Assembly (NCBI GenBank): GCA_051251855.1
Contig: JBPOGI010000002.1
Span: forward strand, 352,001 to 416,000
Direction of reading: 5' to 3'
DNA from: Roseibacillus sp.
Lineage (GTDB): Bacteria > Verrucomicrobiota > Verrucomicrobiia > Verrucomicrobiales > Akkermansiaceae
DNA length: 64,000 bases
Positions 17,675-27,331 of this stretch are shown here, piece by piece. The notes under the pieces were generated by a model, which was not told the DNA's origin, ran no database searches, and was given only the letters and a program-made list of their open reading frames with translations. The number at the start of each line of letters is the position of its first letter. Position 1 is the first letter of the stretch. The position numbers and the translations under genes are program-made.

Positions 17675-19069
17675 CTAAGCGGGCTCGAGGAACTTTTCGC
17701 GCTCGGCTTGTTCGGACGACTTGGTGACGTTGTCTTCGCTCGTTTCGGCGATAAGCTCGTCGCGGTATTTCGCGATGATGGCTTCCACGGGCCAGGCAGA
17801 AGCTTCGCCGAAGGCGCAGATGGTACGTCCGTCGATTTGGTAGGCGATGGATTCGAGGGTGTCGATGTCTTCGGGGCGCGCTTTGCCGGAGGCGATGCGG
17901 TCGGAGACTTTCTTCATCCAACCATTTCCTTCGCGGCACGGGGTGCACTGGCCACAGCTTTCGTGGGCGTAGAAGTGGTTGATGTTGTTAAGGACCCAAG
18001 AAATTTTGCGGGAGTTATCAATGACGATGACACCACCGGAGCCGGCCATGGAGCCACAGGCGGCGAGGGTGTCGAAGTCCATGGGGATGTCCCAGAAGTC
18101 GAGGTTCTTGGCGTCGTCGCCTTTGCCGATTTTGAAACTTTCGTCGCAGCGGAGAATCTTGGAAGAAGAGCCGCCGGGAATGACTGCTTTGAACTCTTTG
18201 CCATCTTTAGGTCCACCGCACATGTCGTAGAGAAGTTCACGCATGGTGATTTTTCCAACCTGAATCTCGAAGTATCCGGGCTTTTTGACATCGCCAGAGA
18301 CACAGAGAATGCGGGTGCCGGTGTTGCGGGCCACGCCCAGTTTGGCGTACTCCTCGCCTCCCATTTCGAGAATGTGCTTCACGTGGCAAAGGGACTCCAC
18401 GTTGTTCACGATGGTCGGAGCCATGTAGAGCCCGAGAGCGGCAGGAAAGTAAGGGGGCTTAATGCGGGGGTAGGGGCGTTTGCCCTCAAGGGACTCGATG
18501 AGGCCCGTTTCTTCGCCGCAAATGTAGGCAGCAGCACCACGATGAATATGGATCTCGAGGTCAAAGCCGGAACCTTGAATGTCTTTGCCGAGAAAACCCT
18601 TTTCGTGACACTCCTCGATCGCCTTTTCGACAATGTGGGCGGCAGCGGGAAACTCTTCCCGAATATAAATGTAAGCCACGTGTGCTCCCACTGCGAAAGC
18701 GGAGATGATCATCCCTTCGAGGAGTTGGTGAGGGTCTTGATGAACCACGTATCGGTCCTTAAAGGTGCCGGGTTCAGATTCGTCGCAGTTGCAAATGAGG
18801 TAGACGGGCTTGGTGTTGTTGGGTGGGATGAACCCCCACTTCACGCCTGTTGGGAAGCCAGCTCCGCCACGGCCACGGAGTCCAGAAGCCTTGACCTCGT
18901 CAGTGACGGCTTTGGGCTCCATTTTGAGAGCCTTTTTCATCTGCTCGTAGTAGCCGTCCTGCAAAGCGCGATCGATGGAGGGATTCCAGTCAACGCGGTC
19001 GATGTTGCGGAAAATGAGACGGTGCTCCTGGGCGAGAGGCTCTTTGCCTTCTTTGTATTGAATAGACAT
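17675..19069 (-). CDS. nuoF: NADH:quinone oxidoreductase subunit F
   Basis: GLRGRGGAGFPTG, DESEPGTFKD, YICGEET, ESCGQCTPCREG, TICAFG. Confidence 0.97.
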   Translation of the reverse strand: MSIQYKEGKEPLAQEHRLIFRNIDRVDWNPSIDRALQDGYYEQMKKALKMEPKAVTDEVKASGLRGRGGAGFPTGVKWGFIPPNNTKPVYLICNCDESEPGTFKDRYVVHQDPHQLLEGMIISAFAVGAHVAYIYIREEFPAAAHIVEKAIEECHEKGFLGKDIQGSGFDLEIHIHRGAAAYICGEETGLIESLEGKRPYPRIKPPYFPAALGLYMAPTIVNNVESLCHVKHILEMGGEEYAKLGVARNTGTRILCVSGDVKKPGYFEIQVGKITMRELLYDMCGGPKDGKEFKAVIPGGSSSKILRCDESFKIGKGDDAKNLDFWDIPMDFDTLAACGSMAGSGGVIVIDNSRKISWVLNNINHFYAHESCGQCTPCREGNGWMKKVSDRIASGKARPEDIDTLESIAYQIDGRTICAFGEASAWPVEAIIAKYRDELIAETSEDNVTKSSEQAEREKFLEPA

Positions 19070-19086
19070 TTCGAGGTCAGGTGAGG

Positions 19087-19659
19087 TTAGGCCTTGGGAT
19101 ACTTGTTGAGAAGTTCCTGTGCTTTTTCAGCAGGAATATCTTCGTGGAAATCATCGTTGACGAGACAGACGGGCCCGGTGCCGCAAGAGGCGAGACATTC
19201 GGCGAACTCGACGGAGTAGTTTCCACAAGGGGAAACGACGATGGGACTTTCGTGAGAGGTTTGAGAACGGTCGATACCGGTCAGTTCACAAACTTTATCC
19301 ATGAGCTCATGAGAACCAGCCATGGCACAGGAGAGGGTGCGACAGACGCGGATATGAAATTTTCCAGGAGCACTTTGGCGGAGTCCGGGATAGAAGGTGA
19401 CCACTTCGACGACCTGTATCGGTTCGATTTCAAGTTTGCCGGCGACCCAGTCGATGGACTCAGCGCTGATGAAGCCAAACCTGTGCTGCACGTCGTGAAG
19501 CAACATGAGGACCGCAGAGCGTTTTTGGTCCGCGGGGTAGTGACTGATCCAGCGGTCCGCCTTTCCGTTCAGCTCATCGTCAGCGACGAAGGGCGGAAAG
19601 TTTTTCGACCCCGGGGTTTCCGGAGAGGCGATGTTTTTATCGAGAATGCTTTGAGACAT
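19087..19659 (-). CDS. nuoE: NADH:quinone oxidoreductase subunit E
   Basis: VVTFY, CRTLSC and CLASC 2Fe-2S ligands. Confidence 0.95.
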   Translation of the reverse strand: MSQSILDKNIASPETPGSKNFPPFVADDELNGKADRWISHYPADQKRSAVLMLLHDVQHRFGFISAESIDWVAGKLEIEPIQVVEVVTFYPGLRQSAPGKFHIRVCRTLSCAMAGSHELMDKVCELTGIDRSQTSHESPIVVSPCGNYSVEFAECLASCGTGPVCLVNDDFHEDIPAEKAQELLNKYPKA

Positions 19660-19692
19660 AGCAGGTGATTGTTTGCAGCTGAAAAAATTGAA

Positions 19693-20955
19693 CTATCGAT
19701 CGCACTCGCCCATCACGAAGTCTAGGGAACCCAGGATGGCGGGGATGTCGGAGACCATGTGCCCGGGAAGGAGCACGTCGAGGAGAGAAAGGTTGATGAA
19801 AGACGGGCTGCGGATTTTGAGGCGGTAGGGGACTCCTCCGCCTTTCGAGCAAATGTAAAATCCAAGCTCGCCTTTGGGGTTTTCGGCTCCGAAGTAGACT
19901 TCGCCTTCAGGGGCGTCGATGCCTTGGGTGGAGACGATAAAGTGGTGAATCAATTCTTCCATGCTCATCATCACACGTTCTTTGTCGGGAAGAGTGCCCT
20001 TAGGATCGATGAGGTTGATGGGGCCGTCGGGAATGGTTTTGAGAACCTGGCGGATGATGCGAATGGATTGGCGCATTTCTTCCATGCGGACTTGATAGCG
20101 GGCGTAGCAATCGCCTTCGTCAGCAATGGGGACGTCGAAGTCGTATTGCTCGTAACCGAGGTAGGGATTGTCTTTGCGGAGATCGCGAGGAACTCCTGAG
20201 CCGCGCAAGTTGGGGCCAGTGATGCCGTAGGCGATAGCGTCTTCTTTGGTGATGACGCCCACATCGGCCATGCGGTTGATGAAGATGGTGTTCTTGTCGA
20301 GAAGCTTTGAGACCTCGTCGATGGCGACCTCGAACTCGTCGAGGTTTTTGAGAAGAGTCTCTTCGAAGCCTGGAGGCATGTCGCGCAGTTGGCCGCCAAC
20401 GCGAGTGTAAGAAGTGGTGAAGCGGGCTCCGGTGAGCTGCTCGCAGAGGTTGTAGATCTTTTCGCGCTCGGTGAAAGTGTAGAGAAAAACAGTCATCGCT
20501 CCCACGTCCATGGCGCAGACGCCGACTCCGAGGAGGTGGGCGGAGATGCGGGCGAGTTCGCAGCAGAGAACGCGCAGGGCTTGGCCGCGAGGGGGGAGTT
20601 CCCAGCCCATGAGCTTTTCGACGGCGCAGGCGTAGGCGACGTTGTTGGCGAGAGGGGCAAGGTAATCCAGTCGGTCGGTATAGGGAACGAACTGGTTGTA
20701 GTGCATGTTCTCCGCGATCTTCTCGTCACCACGGTGCAGGAAGCCCACGTCGGGGTCTGCTTTGGTAACGATCTCGCCATCGAGTTCAAGGATCAGCCTC
20801 AAAACACCGTGGGTCGCCGGGTGGGACGGCCCCATGTTGAGGACCATTTTTTCGCCAAGGAGGTCGGTAGTCTCAGCCTGATAATCCTCGATCGCAGTCG
20901 CCGCGCGGGCGGCTACATCGGGGGCCTCGTAAGTGGTGGTCGCAGAATCGCTCAT
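19693..20955 (-). CDS. nuoD: NADH:quinone oxidoreductase subunit D
   Basis: NMGPSHPATHGVLR, GFLHRG, RLDY, ENPKGELG, GECDR C-terminus; start set at ATG 20955. Confidence 0.96.
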   Translation of the reverse strand: MSDSATTTYEAPDVAARAATAIEDYQAETTDLLGEKMVLNMGPSHPATHGVLRLILELDGEIVTKADPDVGFLHRGDEKIAENMHYNQFVPYTDRLDYLAPLANNVAYACAVEKLMGWELPPRGQALRVLCCELARISAHLLGVGVCAMDVGAMTVFLYTFTEREKIYNLCEQLTGARFTTSYTRVGGQLRDMPPGFEETLLKNLDEFEVAIDEVSKLLDKNTIFINRMADVGVITKEDAIAYGITGPNLRGSGVPRDLRKDNPYLGYEQYDFDVPIADEGDCYARYQVRMEEMRQSIRIIRQVLKTIPDGPINLIDPKGTLPDKERVMMSMEELIHHFIVSTQGIDAPEGEVYFGAENPKGELGFYICSKGGGVPYRLKIRSPSFINLSLLDVLLPGHMVSDIPAILGSLDFVMGECDR

Positions 20956-21160
20956 GCCTAATTTGCCAGAGAAATAAGGCCGCAAGACAGCCCTCCTCGC
21001 AAGGACTTTGTGAAAAATTTCACAAAGTCGGATGTCATGGCCGAGAAGTATTCTCTTCGGCACCAGTGATTTGATCGAAAACGCGACAGGGATCTCACAA
21101 TTCTGTCTTCGAATGGTCGAAAAGTAGAGCCGCTGTCGCGTAGACAGTGAATGCAGTGGC

Positions 21161-21853
21161 CTAACGGCGACGGCGAATCAGCGCCAAACTCGAAAGGGTA
21201 GCGAGGAGTAGAGAACTCGGTTCTGGGATGGCGTTAATCTCGAGAACGGGGTCACCAGGATCGAAGGTGTTGCCTACGCCAGAGTAGGTTACATCGTCCT
21301 CATCGTTGACCGGAGCTGCAAGAATCTGAAAGTCCGAGCTCGAATTGATCGCAGCAATGAGCGCGGTTTCAGCAGCTCCCCCAAAACTGAGAGTGAAGTC
21401 ATCCTCAAGGCCTCCGGCGCGGCCAGCCATCTCGGCGATGGTAAAAGTTCCAAGAAGAATCGGTGCGGACGAAAATTCGCTATTGTTGATGCCGCTCGTG
21501 ACTGAAGTGTCGAACGCGAGGTCGTCATAACCAGTGCCTAGGTCGGAATCTTCAGAAAAATAGAGCGCGACCATCGTCCCATCCGAGAAACTACGGTCGT
21601 TGACCGTTAGGGTAAGGGTCGCGTCGGTAACGATAGAAATGGTGGGGCTGCCGAAGTCGCTCGCAGAGAAGTTGAAGGTGGCAATGGCATAGGAGGCAAA
21701 AGCATCGTCGTTGCCAGAGGCATAGAAATCGCTGCTGCCGCCGGGACCGGTGGTGCGAATGCGATCACTATCAGTAGCGGCCTCAGATACGAGTGCCGCT
21801 TTCACTTGAGTTATGGTTGCCACTCCAATGAGGAGGCAAATGGTATATTTCAT
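21161..21853 (-). CDS. PEP-CTERM sorting domain protein
   Basis: Signal peptide; C-terminal IPEPSSLLLATLSSLALIRRRR. Confidence 0.9.
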   Translation of the reverse strand: MKYTICLLIGVATITQVKAALVSEAATDSDRIRTTGPGGSSDFYASGNDDAFASYAIATFNFSASDFGSPTISIVTDATLTLTVNDRSFSDGTMVALYFSEDSDLGTGYDDLAFDTSVTSGINNSEFSSAPILLGTFTIAEMAGRAGGLEDDFTLSFGGAAETALIAAINSSSDFQILAAPVNDEDDVTYSGVGNTFDPGDPVLEINAIPEPSSLLLATLSSLALIRRRR

Positions 21854-22076
21854 AGTCTTAAATCGGGGTTGTGTTGTTGTCCGACGCCAACGTTCAGCAG
21901 CTTTCTTGCCATCAAAACGGCGGTGTTGTCCCTCAAGGCAAATTCACAAATGGTATCGGGATCTGAGAAGAAAAGTGGCTCGTGGGAAAATACGCCCGAG
22001 CAACTGTTGAAAAACAAACGCTCACAAAGATGGACTTTTCCGAAAAATCAGGGCAGACAGCGCGCCGAATCTACTT

Positions 22077-23900
22077 ATGAGCGCTCTCGAAACACTCCGC
22101 AACGTGGCTATTATCGCGCACGTTGACCATGGCAAGACCACCCTTGTTGACGAACTTCTCAAGGCCGGTGGTGCGGTTGAGGCGCACCAGCAGCTCGCTG
22201 AACGTGCCATGGACTCCATGGACTTGGAGAAAGAGAAGGGCATCACCATCAAGGCCAAGAACACGGCCGTGAACTGGAAAGATTACACCATTAACATCGT
22301 CGACACCCCTGGACACGCCGACTTCGGTGGTGAGGTGGAGCGCGTGATGCGCATGGTGGATGGCGTTTTGGTGGTGGTTGATGCTTATGAAGGGCCTCAG
22401 GCTCAGACTCGCTTTGTGCTGCGGAAGGCTTTGGAGGCAGGATTGCTCCCCATTGTGGTCATTAACAAGATTGACCGTGATGCGGCTGACCCTCTTGCGG
22501 TGGAAGACAAGGTGCTTGAGCTTCTGATGGAGCTGGGAGCGACTGAAGAGCAGTTCGAGAGTCCTGTCGTTTACGGTTCTGCGAAGAACGGCTTTTTTAT
22601 TCGTAATCTCGATGACCCCCGCGAGTCGGTGGAGCCACTGCTCGAGGTCATTGCCGAGCGTGTTCCTCATCCCACGGCGGATCCTGATGGTGACTTCCAG
22701 ATGCTGGTGAGTAATATCGACTGGGATGATTATGTGGGTCGAGTTGCACTTGGAAAGATTCAGGCTGGTGTCGTGCGTAAGGGCGACAGCCTCTTCCGCC
22801 TCCTCAAGGATGGCACCAGCAAGCGTGCGAAGGTGACGAAAATTTTTGAATACACCAAGCTCGGTCATTTGGAGACTGATATTGGGGAAGCTGGTAATAT
22901 CGTTGGTATTGCGGGTTTCGAAGACGTCGATATTGGTGAGACTCTGGTTGCCAATGAAGAAGTGGAAGCGCTGCCCTTCATGGACATCGATCCCCCAACC
23001 GTCCAGATGCAGTTTGCGGTCAACGACGGTCCTTTTGCAGGCCTTGATGGTAAGAAGGTGACTTCACGTGCGATTTGGGATCGTCTCATGCGCGAACTCA
23101 AAACCAATATTTCGATTGAAGTCTCTGAGTCTGATCAGGGTGGTGTCTTCAACGTTTCTGCTCGGGGAGCGATGCAGATTTCCGTTCTTGTCGAGACCAT
23201 GCGTCGTGAAGGGTTCGAGGTTCTTGTTTCTCGCCCAACGGTCATTACCAAGGAGATCGATGGTCAGACCATGGAGCCCTACGAAACTCTTTACTTGGAG
23301 CTTCCCGAGGGAACTCAGGGTGGCGTTATTCAGGCTCTTGCTTCTCGCAAAGGCACCGTCGAAGTGATGGAGCCACGCGGCACTATGAGTTACATCGAAG
23401 TCGCGATTCCAACCAAAGGTCTGATTGGTTTCGAATTCGAACTCATGAACTTGACCAGTGGTCACGGGGTCATGTCTCACCTCTTTAAAGAGTATCGCCC
23501 TGAGATTGGCCGTATCCGGACTCGCCAGAACGGAACTCTCGTTTCGATGGCACAGGGTAAGGCGATGGCCTATTCCTTGGAAGCACTTGAGACGCGCGGA
23601 ATTTTATTCGTCGGGCCACAGGAAGACATCTACGAAGGAATGGTCATCGGGCAGAACTCACGTGATGGCGATCTTCCCGTTAACCCTGTCAAAGCAAAGA
23701 ACCTCACGAACCACCGTTCGGCAGGTAAGGATAACTTCTCAGGCCTCAAACCACCTCTTAAGATGAGCTTGGAACGTGCTATCGAATACATCGAAGGAGA
23801 CGAGTTCGTGGAAGTGACTCCAAATCATATCCGCCTTCGTAAGCGCATCCTCGATCCCAACGTGCGCAAGCGCTCGGAGAAGAACGAGAAGGACGCTTAA
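22077..23900 (+). CDS. typA: Translational GTPase TypA/BipA
   Basis: [29 protein letters not shown]-terminal [12 protein letters not shown]. Confidence 0.97.
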   Translation: MSALETLRNVAIIAHVDHGKTTLVDELLKAGGAVEAHQQLAERAMDSMDLEKEKGITIKAKNTAVNWKDYTINIVDTPGHADFGGEVERVMRMVDGVLVVVDAYEGPQAQTRFVLRKALEAGLLPIVVINKIDRDAADPLAVEDKVLELLMELGATEEQFESPVVYGSAKNGFFIRNLDDPRESVEPLLEVIAERVPHPTADPDGDFQMLVSNIDWDDYVGRVALGKIQAGVVRKGDSLFRLLKDGTSKRAKVTKIFEYTKLGHLETDIGEAGNIVGIAGFEDVDIGETLVANEEVEALPFMDIDPPTVQMQFAVNDGPFAGLDGKKVTSRAIWDRLMRELKTNISIEVSESDQGGVFNVSARGAMQISVLVETMRREGFEVLVSRPTVITKEIDGQTMEPYETLYLELPEGTQGGVIQALASRKGTVEVMEPRGTMSYIEVAIPTKGLIGFEFELMNLTSGHGVMSHLFKEYRPEIGRIRTRQNGTLVSMAQGKAMAYSLEALETRGILFVGPQEDIYEGMVIGQNSRDGDLPVNPVKAKNLTNHRSAGKDNFSGLKPPLKMSLERAIEYIEGDEFVEVTPNHIRLRKRILDPNVRKRSEKNEKDA

Positions 23901-23906
23901 GGAAAT

Positions 23907-23979
23907 GGAGCAAGGGCATTCCTGTCCTTGTTTGTTTGCAATCGTTGGTAGTGGTCAGGGACAGGAATGTCCCTGCTCC
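23907..23979. repeat. REP-like inverted doublet, consensus GGAG-CAGGGACA-TTCC-TGTCCCTG (copy 1)
   Basis: 23907-23930 versus the reverse complement of 23956-23979 matches 21/24; lies between convergent typA and GH92. Confidence 0.8.
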
Positions 23980-23984
23980 GTTGA

Positions 23985-26225
23985 CTACTTCACTCCCCAG
24001 TTCTTGTTCGGCTCAGGTCCAAGCTCGAGCTCGAGGGTGCCGCCTTTGATGAAGGTCTCGTGGGGGACTTGGAAGGAGCCCCAATCTTTGCCGTTGAGCT
24101 TGGCGGATTGAATGTAGCAATTCTCGGGGCTCTGGTTCTTGGTGGTGATTACGAACTCGCCGCCTTTGTGATAGTCGGGATTGAGTTTGATGGTGACCTT
24201 GTCGAAGACTGGGGCGGTGAGGTCGTAGGCGGGGTTTTGTGACGCTCCACCGGTCATGTCAAAGAGTCCCATCGCCATGAGGGCGCTGAGGGCTCCCATT
24301 TGGCCTTGGTCTTCGTCTCCATTGTAGCCGCCGTCGGGAGTGACATCGGAGAAGGTCTTGGAGTGGACTTCGCGCACCCAGTATTGGGAGAGCCAAGGCT
24401 TGTCGATGTGGGAAAACACGTGCGCCATGCCGGTAGCGGGTTGGTTTTGGTAGTCGACCCAGGAGATGGCGTGGTTGCCATGCTCGGCGATGAAGCGGAC
24501 GGGGGCCGCTTTCTCGAAGTTGCTATTGAGCTTCTCGGCCATGGCGTCCTTGCTGCCGAAGAGTTCGGCAAGTCCGCCTAGGTCATGGGGAATGTAGAAA
24601 GTGTAGATCGCGGAAGCCGACTCGACGAAACCGGGTGAGGTGAAGCCGCCTTCTGCGTTGATGGGAGAGAAGGGCTCGAGCCAGGAACCGTCCATGTTGC
24701 GGGGGCGAATCCAGCCGGTTTCGGGATCCCAGAGGTTTTTGTAGTTGTCGGCGCGGGCTTCGAGGAGGGCGGCTTCCTCATAGCGTTCGAGAGACTTGGC
24801 GAATTGGGCGAGGCACCAATCTTGGTAAGAGTATTCGAGGGTCTGGGCCGCTCCTTCGCGGTGGCCTCCTTTCGATTTAGGAATCTTGAGGGGAACGTAA
24901 CCACGATTGACGTAGTAGCTCATGCCGCCGCCGTTGGAATAAGTCTGGGTTTCGTAACCGGCGTGGTCGCGGATGCCGCCAGGGAAGGCGTTGCGCATGA
25001 GACCGTCGAGGGCCTTGTCTTTATCCCAGTTGCGAATGCCTTTGTGGTAAGCGGCGGAGAAGAAGGAAGAGGCGGGGTCGCCAATCATGACGAAGGTGTA
25101 GTTGCCGCCGGATGGGCCGCGGGGAATCATACCGCCGTGCTCGTAGATATTGAGCATGGTGTCGGCGAAGTCGTCCATGAGCTCGGGCCAGGCCATGGGC
25201 CAAAGAACGTTGAGGGACCATTGAGCGCCCCAAAGAGCGTCAAAGTTGTAGTGTGGGCGCTCGCCTTTGCGGACTACGGTGGCGGGGCCGGTGTTGTCGG
25301 CGTATTTGCCGTCGACATCGCTGACAATGCGGCGACCGAGGTGGGCGTGCCAGAGGTCGGTATAGAATTTGGTTTTTTGGTCGTCGGTGCCGCCTTCGAC
25401 TTCGATGCGGCCGAGCCAGCTATTCCAAGCGTCGTAGGATTCTTGCACGATTTGGTCGAAATCCCATCCGGGGAGTTCGGCTTTGAGGTTGTTGATGGCG
25501 CCGGCTTTTCCGGTGTAGGAAAGAGCGACCTTCATCAAAAGGGGCTCGGTGAGTTGGCCGCAGTCGACGACTACTTTACCGCCGCTCCAGTCGCCAATGC
25601 GTTGGATGGGCTGGTTGAACTCGGCAACGAAGTAGACTTGGAAGGGCTTCTTGCGGCGACCGGTGGGGCCCATGGTGAAAGTGCCGTGGAGAGCTTTGTT
25701 GCCGGCGGCGATGCTTGCGGAGTGAGCAATCATCTCGTGGTCCATGAGCTTGCGGCCGAGGTCGAGGATGACGCGGGCAGAGTTGTCGGTAGGGTAGGTG
25801 TAGCGGTGAAAGCCGACTCGGGTGGTTGAGGTCAGCTCGGCGGTGATACCGTGGTCTTGCAGGACCACCTTGTGGTAACCGGCTTTGATGATTTCGTCGT
25901 CGTGAGAAAACTTGGACGCATAGTTGTCGACGTCGGTTTTCTCGGTGACGGGCATCACGGGAAGACCGGCGATTTGCCAGCCGTGAATGTGGCTGAAGCA
26001 TTCGATTTTTTCGTCGTAGTAGCGGTAACCAGAGTCCCATGTTTTGTCCGGCTGGGTGTCAGGGCTGAGGTTGACCATGCCAAAGGGGCGGCAGGCGGAG
26101 CTAAAGTAGAAGAAGCGGGGATCAACGGTGTCGATTTCAGGTTTGACCCAGTCGACGGGTGTTTTTTCCGCTTGGACGAATCCAACGGTGAGGCTGGCGA
26201 GGAGAACAAAGGCGAGTTGTTTCAT
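23985..26225 (-). CDS. GH92 family alpha-mannosidase
   Basis: PFGMVNLSPD, FSH..E...GY, ELTST.R.GFHRY, TLEYSYQDW, GFVE, GDEDQGQM; signal peptide. Confidence 0.92.
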   Translation of the reverse strand: MKQLAFVLLASLTVGFVQAEKTPVDWVKPEIDTVDPRFFYFSSACRPFGMVNLSPDTQPDKTWDSGYRYYDEKIECFSHIHGWQIAGLPVMPVTEKTDVDNYASKFSHDDEIIKAGYHKVVLQDHGITAELTSTTRVGFHRYTYPTDNSARVILDLGRKLMDHEMIAHSASIAAGNKALHGTFTMGPTGRRKKPFQVYFVAEFNQPIQRIGDWSGGKVVVDCGQLTEPLLMKVALSYTGKAGAINNLKAELPGWDFDQIVQESYDAWNSWLGRIEVEGGTDDQKTKFYTDLWHAHLGRRIVSDVDGKYADNTGPATVVRKGERPHYNFDALWGAQWSLNVLWPMAWPELMDDFADTMLNIYEHGGMIPRGPSGGNYTFVMIGDPASSFFSAAYHKGIRNWDKDKALDGLMRNAFPGGIRDHAGYETQTYSNGGGMSYYVNRGYVPLKIPKSKGGHREGAAQTLEYSYQDWCLAQFAKSLERYEEAALLEARADNYKNLWDPETGWIRPRNMDGSWLEPFSPINAEGGFTSPGFVESASAIYTFYIPHDLGGLAELFGSKDAMAEKLNSNFEKAAPVRFIAEHGNHAISWVDYQNQPATGMAHVFSHIDKPWLSQYWVREVHSKTFSDVTPDGGYNGDEDQGQMGALSALMAMGLFDMTGGASQNPAYDLTAPVFDKVTIKLNPDYHKGGEFVITTKNQSPENCYIQSAKLNGKDWGSFQVPHETFIKGGTLELELGPEPNKNWGVK

Positions 26226-27331
26226 GAGTTGTTAGGAAGTTGATCGAGAGCGTAAGCGTAGGCACCGACGGCGACGGCGTTGCTGGTGCCGAGACGGGAA
26301 ATGCCAACTCCGGTGCGAGGGAGAGGGTCGTAGTTGAGAGTTTGTGAAGTGCCAGGAACAGTGATTTCGCGGCTTTCGCCGCGGCAGAATTCGGCGAGTT
26401 CGTTGCTGTCTTCGAGGTTGAAAGACTTTTGAACGAGGCGGGGAAATTCTTCGCCTGAGGGTGAGCGGTAGCTGCCGTTCATCTCGGCGAGCAGAGCGGG
26501 AAGGAAGAGATCGCCTGCGCCCGAAAGACCGCCGCCGATAACGACAAGACCGTCGGTGAGAGTGACGAGTTGGGAGAGAGTATCGCCCACGTTTTCGCCG
26601 AGCTTTTGGTAGGCGGAGCGGGCGGCTTCGGTATTGCCTTCCAACTCTCCTTGAGCGATTTCACCAATTTCTTTGGGGGAGGGAGAATCTTCGAAGGAGA
26701 TGCCAGCTTGCTCGCAGTAGCTGCGTTGTACCGCGCGGATACAGGCTCCTTCTTCGGCGTTGGTTTCGGGATTGAGTTTGTTGCGCATGAGCCAAACCTC
26801 TGCACCGGAAACGTTGTCACCGCGTAGGAGTTTGCCGTCGATGACGATGCCTCCGCCAAAGCCGGTGCCCAAGGTGACACCGCAGAGATTGCGGTATTGT
26901 TTGGGGCTGCCGGATTGGGCGAGCTGCTCGTTGATTTGAGGAAGAAGTCCCGCCATCGATTCACCGTAGACGAAAAGGTCGCCGTCGTTGTTGATAAAGG
27001 TGGGAATCTTGAAATGGTTTTCAAGGAAGGAGGCGAGTGCCACTCCACCGCGAAAGCAGGGGAGGTTGGGCAAATCGCCGATGATGCCGCGGCGATAATC
27101 GCAAGGGCCAGGGAAGGCAAAGCTGATCGCGACGGGTGGAACGGAAATCTCCGATCGGACTCGCTCGAACCCCTCGACGAGCGTCCGCAAGCAAGCGTCG
27201 AGGGAGTGAGTGTTTGAAGGGAGAGCAAAGGGCTCGATGATGAGCTTGCCGCCCTGCATGGCCGAGAACTTGAAGCTGGTGCCCCCAGCATCCAGCGTCA
27301 TCACGGCGCGTTGGTCGGTTGATGGGCTCAT
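26222..27331 (-). CDS. ROK family sugar kinase (probable manno/glucokinase)
   Basis: LDAGGT, FPGP, INNDG, TLGTGFGGG, VIGGG; ATGA overlaps with both neighbours. Confidence 0.88.
   Translation of the reverse strand: MSPSTDQRAVMTLDAGGTSFKFSAMQGGKLIIEPFALPSNTHSLDACLRTLVEGFERVRSEISVPPVAISFAFPGPCDYRRGIIGDLPNLPCFRGGVALASFLENHFKIPTFINNDGDLFVYGESMAGLLPQINEQLAQSGSPKQYRNLCGVTLGTGFGGGIVIDGKLLRGDNVSGAEVWLMRNKLNPETNAEEGACIRAVQRSYCEQAGISFEDSPSPKEIGEIAQGELEGNTEAARSAYQKLGENVGDTLSQLVTLTDGLVVIGGGLSGAGDLFLPALLAEMNGSYRSPSGEEFPRLVQKSFNLEDSNELAEFCRGESREITVPGTSQTLNYDPLPRTGVGISRLGTSNAVAVGAYAYALDQLPNNS

Noticed and set aside
17642..19668. Long + strand ORFs (480 aa, 195 aa) antisense to nuoF/nuoE
   Set aside because: Shadow ORFs caused by codon bias of conserved genes; no motifs of their own.
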